From Vicugna vicugna (Eukaryota), in NCBI GenBank assembly GCA_013265495.1, contig MU062841.1, forward strand, positions 8,643,786 to 8,707,785: a stretch of 64,000 bases of DNA, in the 5' to 3' direction. Both the position numbers and the translations under genes were made by a program. The notes under the pieces were generated by a model. It searched no databases and had not been told where the DNA came from. It saw only the letters and a program-made list of their open reading frames with translations. Below, piece after piece: positions 24,601 to 36,600 of the stretch. The first letter of the stretch is position 1, and every line of letters starts with the position of its first letter.

Positions 24601-27600
24601 TAAATGCTTTATTCAACCAGACTGTGTGACGTCTATGACATTTTCAAGCAGATTCGGAAGTTTTGTGTATTTACATATTAAAGGGAAAAGATATTAAAGC
24701 TGCATCTACTCTACAGAAAGCATTTGTTATCCTACAGTTTAGCTCCTAAATATTGAGACATTTTAATAAAACTCTACCTGTTAAGACAGGGTAAGTTTGA
24801 TAAGGATTTCTTGAATAAATGCTGGTGAACATCTCCATGTTATAAAAGAAATGAGATTAGAAATTGTCTCTCCACAAAGGTTTATTTAGTGCCAGATGTT
24901 AAAGAAAAGCTTTTCGTGATGCTTTGCAAAGGACACAGCACAGAATTTGCATCATAAAATGGGTGCAAAAGTTTAGTGTACCTCTGGTGAAAAATTTCTT
25001 TCTGCTGCTGATAAAGTCTGAACATTTGTCAGCTACAGATTTTTGAGCATCCACAAAAGTACAGCTTTCCAAATGTACTGCAGTCCCTCTGAATGCATGT
25101 CCCTTTTTCCTACATAGAATGCTTGCCACGCCTCCTTTTGGGGCCTCTCTTTAGTGACTGCCCTTGTCCTCTTCCCGTGGCTCCCTGGTTTCTTGCAGGT
25201 TCATCCCGGAGCCCTGGTCCACCTGCAGCACCACGTGTGGGCCCGGCGTCCAGGTGCGCGAGGTGAAGTGCCGCGTGCTCCTGACCTTCACACAGACGGA
25301 GACCGAGCTGCCTGAGGAGGAGTGTGAAGGCCCCAGGCTGCCCACCGAGCGGCCTTGCCTCCTGGACCCCTGTGATGAGAGCCCAGCCTCCCGCGAGCTG
25401 GACGTGCCCCTCCAGGAGGAGGACAGTGAGATGACTTACGACTGGGAGTACGCTGGGTTCACCCCCTGCACCGCGACATGTTTGGGAGGTACTTGATCTT
25501 TTGCTTAAAGGACCGTTAGGCTTGTGTTACTAATGGCTTGAGAAATCACTAAGTCAGTTAAGCCAAACGTGCAAACTAGCAGAAGTGGAAAGGAGGTTAA
25601 GTCACCTGAACAACTGAAAACTATGCTTTTTCTTTCTTTTATTTTTCATTGTGATTATTCCATAAAGATAAAGGATGGTGGCACTGTATCCGACATTCCT
25701 TTGGCCTGAGGTGGAGAGAGAGGTCCCTGGTTCATAGAGAGTGAGTAGGAAAATGCAGAAATGCCAAGTCAAGGCACTTGTGCATAAATCAGAACTGCAG
25801 CGTGAGGCCGCCTGGGGTTGCCCTGTCTGATGCGGCTCGAGGTCAGAAGGCATCCTCAGAGAATTCTTAGGTTCATCCCCGCAGATTAGGCCAGAAACCA
25901 GGGCCGAGCAAACGGATGAGCACAGTTTATGTGTGTGTGTCCGTGTGGAGCACAGGCATAGCCTGGGGACCCTGTTAAGATTAGGAGGTGGCAATCAGTC
26001 AGGTGACCCTCTGAGGGTGGAAGCTGGCCCCAGGGTGCTGTCAGCATTCCAGGATCCGAAAGGCAGTGGAGGAGCAGGGAGCAGGAGTCCCGATCGGCGT
26101 TCTCTCTCGGTTGGAAGTAAAAAGACAGAAATAATCAATGGGAAACCTAATCCTCTACCCACATGAAGGAGACTCATCTCATCAGGAATCCAGGGCCCCT
26201 GACATCCTGTCGCTGACTCCTGGCTGTGCCTTGCAGCCAGCTGTCTCGGCTGAAGCTGGGGGTTAGGCGTGCTCTGACTTTGGCCCCAGCCAATGGTGGG
26301 AAAAATAAGGAGGCCGCGGCCTTCCAGGCGATTGGCTCAGGAGCATGCTCCACCCCTCCTGGTGGCCCTGAGCCCGTTTCTCGGAGTCCCCGGTCAGGTC
26401 TTAGAGCTCATGGCCCGGTCATTGTGCCCGAGCCTCTCACCCTTTTTTCCCCGGGCTCTTGAGTACATTCTCAGTCCTTACCATCCAGTGGCCGTGACTC
26501 GATGGTATCTGTCTTTCTCCTTTTCTGTCTCACTCAGCCTGCCAACCCACCTGTCCTAGACACCAGTCCTTCCGTAAACCCAGATGGAGCGGCATGTGCT
26601 TTACCCCCAGGCTTCAGCGAAGCTACTGCCTGTCGTATGGAGGTACACACGTGGAAGTCAGGAAAAGAACCCTTATTTGCCTCCAGACTCTCTCTCCCTC
26701 TCTTACTTGCTTCTCCCTGGTTCCTAGCAGCCCACCTGAACTAGCCAGAAATGTAGTTTTCTGTCTCACTCAGATCCTAAATGTCTGCTCCGTCTCTTCC
26801 CTCCAGGGCGTGTGGTCTCAGTTGCCCCTACACTGCCTCATGTCTGTTGCTGCCCAAAGCTTAGCTCTTGCTCCCTCTGAGTTCAGGATCCTGGACACTT
26901 CTTTTGTTGTATCTTGGAAACCTTAAGGCTGATATTCCCTTGGACATCTGGGGACTGATACCTTCCTGATGAGTCTAGGAAACCCTCTAGAGATGGTCAC
27001 CGAGATGCAAAAATGTTTCCCAACTCAAATGCAATTATAGATGTCTGAAGCTTTCTGCTACATGACTGCAAAATGCATCTCTCTCCCACTTCTGAGCCAC
27101 TGTGTCGCTGCTGGAGACTTGGAGCTCTGTCCCTCGTTGTTGGAGCAGAAGTGGGTGCTGCTATTGCGTGCATACCCCACATCTACTGTATTAATCTCAG
27201 GCTTCTAACTATTGTCATTATAGAATTGCTGTTTTATCTAGTACTCCGTCGTCCTCGACCTCATTTCTTTTCCGGACTGGGAGGGCCCTCTCCAGGTGGA
27301 AAAGAATGGCATGTCGGGTCCTTGGAACTCAAGAGACCAGTTGGAGTTGCCCAAGGAGAGAGGATCAGGTGAATTCTGATTCATTTGGGAGAGTCTGTTA
27401 GACTTCTGCTTTGGAGCCTGGTGCCAACTTGTGAAGATCTGCTGTTGTGTTCCCAGTGCCCACTAAGGTGGCCCTAGGTTCCACCTCCAGGATGGCTGCA
27501 CCCACTGGAATGATCTATTTTTTTCTGCAACAGCTTTATTAAGATATAATTCACATGCCATGTGATTCACGTATTCAAAGTATACAATTTGGTGTTTTTT

Positions 27601-30600
27601 AGTATGTTCGCAAAGCTGTGCACCCATCAGCACAATTTTAGGACACCTAAAACAACCCTGTGCCATTAAGCAATCATTCCCCATTTTCCCTCAAACTGCC
27701 GCTCACCCTGCTAGCGGCGGCCTCTGGCAACTGCTAATCTACTTTCTGTTTGTTCTGGACATTTCATAGAGATGGAATCACACAGCAAGTGGTCCTTTGT
27801 GGCCACCTGCTTTAATTTAGTCTGTTTTCAATGTTCATCCATGTTGTAGCATAAATTGGTAATTAATTTCTTTTTGTGACTGAATACTGTTCCATTTGTA
27901 TGGATATATCACATTTTATTTATCCATTCATCACTTAGATTTTGGATTATTCACATGTCTTGGGTATTATGAATAATACGGCTTTGAACATTCGTGTACA
28001 CATTTTTGTACAACATATGTTTTCATTTCTCTTGGGTATATACTTAGGAGTAGTAGAATAACCTTTGGATCCATTTAAAACACATAAGTTTTGTGAAACT
28101 TGACTAATTGAGTTTATCCTTACTGGCACCGTGGACCTTTTGGTCTGCTGTGAGGAGAGAAATGCCTTGCACGTGTCAAAAATGCATTTCAGTATTCATA
28201 TGGTTGATGTGAAGGTGCCCATTTGCTTTCTGACATCCTCTTGTGTATCTGGAACACATTTTACAAATTTTAACAGTGACCAATTTGGTTCAGCACTCAA
28301 TCTTTCAACGCTCAGTTAAACAACAATTTAGCCTTGTGAGGGTGTATCATGTTGTATAATTCAGAATAATATCATTAAGGTGAACCTTGGTTACCCACTA
28401 ACCCAAATTTTACAGCTGGGGAAGCTGCGGATCGGAGGCCATCACACAGTTCAAAATAGAAAACGAACAACTTAACTGTCATTCTTTAGAGGGGGTTGGT
28501 TGAACTGTCAGTGCATGTACTAAGCTTCTCAGCTTTGCAAAACATAATGTTTTTAAGGTCTTGGGTTCAAGCTTAACATTTCCTTTTAAGTATGTAACTA
28601 AGTTTTATAAAACTGAAGAGCTAGGGCATGAAACCAAAGTCCCCTATAAATGCAGGGAACTGGACACCTGCCCTGTGCTAGACTCCATGGCTCTGCATGG
28701 GGTTCTGTGCTCAGTACCAGGGCACAGAACAAAGACACGGCCCCTGTCCTGACGGAGCGCAGCTTTGGTTACTTTTCGTTTTACTGTCTCTCGACTGCAT
28801 TACTTACAGGCAGCGATGCTGCCTCTCTGGGATCCATTTTAATGTGGTTTTAGAGGCTCGGCCTTTACAAGTCCACTTACGTGTGGTTTTGAGTGTGGGT
28901 TTTTAGCCCTCACCCTGGATAACAGAGAGGGTAAGTCTGTAATGACTGAAAACCACAGGAAATAGAATTTCCACAGACCTATAGTTATTTCTTCAACATT
29001 CTTGTTTCTGGTAAAAAATATCTGTATATATATATAGAGATATGCAAATGATAGATTTCCAAAAAGATAAACTTCTGGTCACATCATGATACCGTGTGTT
29101 CGTACTTTCTAGCTGGCCTTCACATTGTGCAGGAAATAAAAGTAAGTCCATTTGTTGTAATTACTGATGCTTGAGTACCTTTTATAAGTCTGCTTTCGTA
29201 CTAGAGGGGCAACAGAGAATTCTTTTTTAATTCTCCAGAGTATGAAGAATCCAGACATACTCAATTTCCAGCTTCCAGAGTGTATTTGTGTGTGTGCGTA
29301 TGCAGCCCTGTGTGTGTGTGTGTCTCTGTGTGTGTGTACACAGATGTATACATCCTGGGAGTTAAGCTTACCTCTTTTAATACTTTATGGTAAGGCTTTA
29401 CAATTTACTACATCATGAACATTCCTCACCAGTTTTTCTTTTGTATCTTATGTTACTTGTTTCATTTATGACCTTTCATTTTCACCTTTGTATTTCCCAA
29501 CAGCACAGGCTAGTAGTACACACATGGACTGTGAGGGCTGGCCCGGTTTGGAACGCTACGTCTGCCACTCCCTTGGGGCTAATTATTTAAGTTTGTAGTG
29601 GTTTATTTTTGTAAATAAGAAGAGCCATACTTCCCTCATTAGGATTAATGAAAGGATTAAATGTGATCTTTCAACAAGATCATGTTGCAGAAGTGTTTAA
29701 TCATAGTGCCTGACACATGGATGTAATAAATATTAATGGGATGATTGTTTTATAATATAATAGTAACAGGTTATTCCTCTTATATTACGGTACTGGTTTT
29801 TTTTTTTTAAACATCTGATCTAACTAACTTGCTGAGCCTCTCAATGCATCTAACAGTTTTCAAGTTCATTCTTTTGAATTCCTCAGGTAAATAATTATCT
29901 ACAATTGATCATGATTTTTCTCTTTCCCTTTCCAAAGTTTGTTTATCTTGTGTAAGTTTTCTGTCTTACTGTGTTGTCCAGAATCTCAAGAACATTAGTG
30001 AACGATGTGGATAATGCCAGGCTTGCCTTGGCGTTGGCAATAGCAGGAACCTCTCTGTTTTTTCATTGAAAAGCAATGTCCTACAAACGTTTATTGCATG
30101 TTTCTTTGTGACAGGCCCTGGTAGGTGAGAGTGTCTCACCAGCTCCTATCTTTGGAACTCAAAGCTAGTGGGGCGAATGGGTTACTCACATAATCACACA
30201 CGTATATGTGAAGTTACAACTGGTTATAGCAGCTTCAGAAGATGTACATGGATGGTGCTATGAAAGCATGTAATGGGGGGAACTTGACCTATTTAGGGAA
30301 GTCAAGGAAAGCTTCCCTGGAAACAATTACACTTGAACTTAAATCTTAAAGATGAGGAATTAATAACAGAGGGATTGGAGAGGATGGCATGAAGAGAAAT
30401 CCCAGCAGAAAAAAGAGATCGTGTGGAAGGGCCCTGGGTGGCAGGAGGGCACATGGCACACTCCAGGAGCTGAGGCAGGCGGGCGCAGCTGGGGCACCGG
30501 GGAGGACAGGGTTTAGTGTGAAACGCTGCTAGAGAGGCGTGCAGGGGCTGGGCAGGTCAGGCCTCGCAGGCCATGCTGACTGGGGTCTTTATCCCAAGAT

Positions 30601-33600
30601 CAGTGAGAAGCCATTCAAGTCACTTAAATGGGAGCGACATGATAAAATATTTATTTGTTTCAAAAAGGTTAGTCCAGTCGTCTTGTCAAAAAGAGACTAG
30701 GAGGGATGATCACAGATGTAAGCAAGACCATCTGGGAAGCCTCTGCCTGTTCCCGGCAGGGGCTTGGGCTGGAGTGGTGATGCTGATGGAGATGGAGGAA
30801 GCAGAGGACTTCGACAGATGTTGAGAAGGTTTGAGGAGGTAAAAATCTGTCGATGGAGTAAGTGAGAGTGCGGTGGCAGGTCTGAGTCCCAGGATTCTTC
30901 TCCAAGATGACGAGTGCTGACAGGAGGTCCGAGTTGGCAGGAGGAAGTCATGGGTTCAGTTGTGGACATCGTGGTTTTACAGCGTCTTTAGGCTTCCAGA
31001 TGCCGATGCTAAACAGACAGCTGAATGTGCGACTCGGAAGTAAAGTGGAGAGATCTAGACTGGAAATACGCATTGATGAGTCGTCTGTGTATGGAGGAAA
31101 TTGAAGCCAGGGGTGTGGACGCGAGTCTTCAGGAAAAGCACACCTGTGAGGACTGGGGAGGGGCGAAGGGTGAGCTCTGAGGACATGCAGCATTTAATGC
31201 TGGGTGGAGCATACTGAGCTGCAAAGTCCAATGAAAAGAAGAGACAGGAGCAAAACCAGGGGGGAGTGGTGGGTGTGGTGGGAACTGAGGTCGCTGCGTC
31301 ACGGCCACTGAGAGGTGAAGTGAGGTGAACAGAGAATCAGCCCCGGGTTCAGCAATGGGACGTCACTGTGACAGAGTCAGTTCCATGGAGTGGCGGAGAT
31401 GGGGTCAGACTTGATGGAGGAGAGTGACAGGTGACAAAATGGGGATGAACAGAACATATTTTTTGTGTGTGTGGCAAGATCCCTGATAAAGTAAACAGAG
31501 AGGGGGAGATGGCTAGAAGGCATTGTGGGTTGAGGGAGAGCTGTGTGTGTGTGGTGTTATTTAGTGACAAAGAGTCATGGGTACATTTAAAAGGCAATGA
31601 GACTATACACGTAAATAAAATAGACTATTTACATATATAAAATAGATAAACAGCAAGGTGCTACTGTATAGCACAGGGAACTATGTTCAATATGAGGTAA
31701 TAGCCTATGACGAAAGAGAATATGGAAAGGAATATATATATATATGTATATGTATAACTGAATCACTATGCTGTACACCAGAAATTAACACAACATTGTA
31801 AACCGACTGTGCTTCAGTTGGAAAAAAAAAAGGCGATGAGAAAGCTCCAGGATGAAAGTGGAAGACAGAGTAATCAGTAAATTTCCTGAGAAGATGGAGG
31901 GAATGAAGTGCAAAGCCCAGCTGTGAGGAGCAGTCTTAAATGGTCGGAGGGGCAGCTCCTAATTGCAACCAGCAAGGCAGAGGCTAGGATGGATGTGGAA
32001 GTGGGTGGCTTTATCTGCTTGCTTGCTTGCAGGAGGTCCCTGTCTGGTTGTTTCTGGGTGAGTGTGTGTGAGTATTTGAGTGTGAGTGGTTTGGTGGGTG
32101 AACACACACATATTTGAGGTCATGATGTAGCATTCTTTTATTACACTGTTGACTACCACGAGCTAGTGTTTAATTTAGGATTTTGCATATATATGTATAT
32201 AAAAGATACTGATGCATGTAAGTGTCCTCCGTTTAGCCTGATGGAGCACATGAATGCCTTCCCATAAATGGGAAAATGGGACTGGAAGCTGAATTGGCCC
32301 ACGTGGCTCATTTTAGCCTACTCCCTACGGAGATGTGTTCCCAACATGGCACATTAGCAGTCGCCGTTTTGTTCTCTTCAGATCTCATCAAATCATAACA
32401 GGCCTCTAGCTGTAGTTTCCTCCAGTCATTCTTGACATAATTGGTCCCTTCCTCTCAGGCTCCAGTGATGTTTGAGATGCCTTTATAAGGCCAAATGGCT
32501 TTCAACAATCCTTAATTTTTACCAGCTGTCTCCTCAGCTGGTTCCTAAAAGAGCTCACCTATTCAGAGTGCTCTAAAACTTGCGTTTTTGACCCCAAGAA
32601 TGGCACTCCCCTGGCTCTATACCGTATTATGCTTCTCCTCTTTTTCATTGCCTGGGGGTTTACAGTAGCATCTACTCTATCATACTGGCTAAACAGCAGA
32701 GAGAAAAATAAACGTGCTAACTGTTCTTTTCAATATGGCCCTAGACTTGCTTCTGTCATAGGGCGTTGAGCAAGGTACCACCACATGGAGTAGATCTCTT
32801 TTTTCTTTCACAGATTTTGTCATCAGGGTTATACTAGTTTTGTAAGATGAATTGGACTTTTCCATACCTTTCAGTAATCTTGAATAGTGCACATGATAGA
32901 TGTGATCTGTTCAAAACTTTGGAAAAGAATTTGTTCCTACAGCTGTCTAAATTCAGTTTTTACTTTTCCCTCTTGGGGACAGGATTTAGCAGGGGGGGGA
33001 GTAAGTCCTCCCCCCCCCATTATTGTTAAATTCAAGATCTTCATTTTTAAGTGAATTCCATAATTTAGATTTTCTTGGAAAAAAGTCATCTATTTCACAA
33101 TGATACTGAAACTATCATCCAGAGCTGTTCATCTGGGCTCAGTTTGCTTTAAGCCTTCCCCTTCTCTTTTTTCTTGCCACAGCTAATGTATAATCTAGTC
33201 ATTCTTTTTGATCTAGGAGTTTTATAGGAAATGACTTAAAAAGTTCTAATGTTTGGATTTGGGGAGTTTAGTTGTTTATTATTCATTTATAGTTGGACTC
33301 TTATTATCATCAGAGTATGTCACCTAGATAATTTCTGACTTTTGGAATTTAGTGCCGTTTTCTTTATAGACTAATAGAGGATCAATTTTTGTTAATGTTT
33401 CACTGGTGCTTCAAAAGAGCCTATTACATCTATTTCTGGGGGCCAAGGCTATTTGGTTATTAAATCAACATAATTTTCTTATTCAAATCATTTTCCCACA
33501 TTTATTTTACAATTTGATATGTTAAATACTGGGTGGCACCTTGAAGGTTCTGACTATAGATTTTTTTTGTTGCTCTGGGTATTTCTTCCTGGGTGTGTGT

Positions 33601-36600
33601 ATGAGTGTGTGCGTGTACGTGATGTTACTTGGTGTGTTGAATTAGTCAAGATTTATTTGTAACAAGCCCAACTCAAACTAACCTTAAACCAACAAAACAG
33701 AATGTATTAGCTCATTTATTGGCTCTGTTTCCCCTCTGAGAGTCTGTGTTTTTACCCTCTAATTATTAATTCATTTCTTGGTGTAGGCTTTAGTTTTTTT
33801 TCTTTTTTGGCCAAAAAAAAAATTATTATTATGACATTGCAGAAATCAAATGTGAAAGGGAGGGATGTTGCCTCATGCTTCCAAAGGAATTTGTTAGAAA
33901 AATTACATTGAAATTTCAACATGATTTATTTTACATCTTCTAACTATATATTTGTGATTACTACCCAAATTTTGTTAAGTATAAGATGAAGTAAACTTGC
34001 TTTTATAATTTTTACTCTTACATTTGAAGATAAAGCTTTGCTCAAACCCCTTGAAGTGAAAAGTGGTGAAGTCACGTTGCTGTTTCGGTGTGTGGGATGT
34101 GAGATACTCTCGTGATTGTCTTTGGAAAATACACTACCTCAATGCGTATCCTAAATCACCCATTAGCCTTTTACATTCTTTTGAGTAAACTTGCTTTAAA
34201 ACACAAAAATTTGTCATGAGTGTTGGGAAATTCCATCAAAATGGTTAACATGAGGTACCACCCACTCAATCTCCAGAGAACTTTCCAAAATAGTCCCTGA
34301 GTGCATTTTTAAAATAACTTTAATTAAAAATTAAGGTATATGTGAAAGATAACTGAATTTTTCTCAGGTTAAAAAGAGATGAAACCTGCTAGACAATGAA
34401 CATCTATGTCTCTGTAAAGTCACTAAGGAATTAAGACATTTGCAGGTGAGAACCTGAGTTGTGAAGTTGGAGCAGTGCCTCCTTGTTTTTCAGGTTAGCC
34501 AGTGTTTATTATTTTTTTTTAAAGGTTCACCCTACAAAAGATTGCTTTGGCAGTTCAGGCCCTTTTATGGTTCCGTATAAATTTTGGAGCTGTTTGTTCC
34601 AGTTCTGTGGACAGTGTTGTGAGTGCTCTGACGGGGGTGCACTGGGTCTGTGGATTGCTTTGGGTAGTGCTGCCATTTTGATAGTGTTGATTCTTCCAGT
34701 CCAGGAGCACGGGTTATCTTTCCATTTCTTTGTGTCATCTTCAGTTTCCTTCATCAGTGTTTTACGGTTTTCAGAGTATATAGGTAACCCCCTTGGTTAG
34801 GTTTATTTCTGGGTATTTGGGGTTTTTTTGATGCAATGGAAATGTTTATGCCAGTTATAAAATTCTGGGTTTTGAAGTGAAAAAAAAAAGGGAATGAAGG
34901 GCTGCAAATGGCAAAATATCCTTTTTCCTTATGGATGAGTTGTATTTCATTACATGTATATGCTGCATCTTCTTTATTATCCATTCATCTATTGATATGC
35001 ACTTATGATGCTTCCATATCTTGGCAATTATAAGTAATGTTGCTGCTAGTAGTGGGGTGTATGTATCTTTTTGAATTAATTCTTATTTTGTGGTTGGCTT
35101 TATTCCTTTGATAACTATGTAAGTTTAAAAAGCTAAAGCTCTAAACGGTCTTAGAAGCAATGAACAATATATATATGTAAATTTTAAAAATATGTGCAGT
35201 ATATTGTGTATATGTATTTACATGCAGTACATTGTATATGTGCAGTCAAATTGTAACAATTCTACCTGATAAAACTGAAAAATGAAAAAAAAAATTTTAA
35301 GGTTAATGGAAGATGCAGAGATTTAAGACTGCATCCTGCCATGGCCAGAAACATAAGATTGCAGTGAAGAAAGCAGAAGAAAATTTAGTGAAAGGAACTG
35401 AACATTGCAAATATATACTTTATACATACTTTTGGCCCCTAGTGCGTTCTGCAAAACATTGTAAAATGGTTGAATTGAAACATGGCATTTGGAAAGAGAA
35501 CCAGAATCTTATAACAGAATTATATAACACACATTCTTGCATGAAACCGAATACATTTGCATATTTCCAATAGCATAGTCAGTTGCCATTACAATTTTTA
35601 TTTGATTTTCTTCAGCAAAAGTTTGGTTTATATTTTGTTCAGTTCTGATTTCCCAGTGATTCTTTTGGTCTCAAAAGATAAAGAATAGTAGTTGAGACAT
35701 GGGCTTTGGGGTCAGACAGACCTGTCTGGCCTCAAAGCAAAAATGTGCTTGTGAAAGTTCGTACTTGGGCAAGGAGCAGTCACTGCTTTGGGAAGCTGGT
35801 CTGAAGTACTGCATTTTGGAATCCCTGGAGTACAAAGGAACGACCACTGAATTAGGAGGCAGGATATCTAATTTTCAGTTTTGAATCTACGACTTTTTTG
35901 TTGTCGTGATTTCTCTCTCAATTGTTTCCTTATTATTAAATTAATAAAATGGACATAACAATACCATTCTTTGGACCTCACAAGATTATCGTGGGCTCAA
36001 ATAACATAGTTAAACACTTTGTGAGCTGCAAACCACTTTCCCAATGAGAGGCATTACTGCTATTCTTGCTAGTAATAGACATACTACTAACTATAGTCAT
36101 GGTGAACAGGAACTCAGGCTGTATTTTAATTAGAGTTATACATCACATTTAGCACATATGCAGTGAGATGGAGAAAGTGTTATTCTTTAGGAGCTGATAG
36201 GAGAATTCCTCTTAGGGACATTGCTGTGTATGTCTGGAAGGAATACTTTGATGTTTCATTTGAGGGAACGTCTAGCTTTGAGTGCATTTAGAATGCACAT
36301 TAGTCCAAAGGTGGATGGGGAGTCAGGGGTGCTCCTCAGTGTCTCAGAGTGAGTGTCTCTGGGGGAGGGACAGCAGAGGGGCTGAGTTTACAAGGTGACT
36401 GAGAGAGTGTCAAAGACTGGGGAGGCTTTGGAAAATGCAGAGTTGTTTGCTGCACGTGTTCCCTGAAGTGCAGCCTGCAGCCACGCCGTACAGTCAAAAG
36501 AGCGGCGGCTTAAGACCGAGAGGTCTCAAGACCCAATTTTCTTTTCTCGCACAACAAGTTATTCTAAGTCATTTGCATTTTCTTCTCTTTCCAACCTCTA

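Noticed and set aside
26341-26350. Perfect p53 half-site GAGCATGCTC
   Set aside because: No adjacent second half-site.
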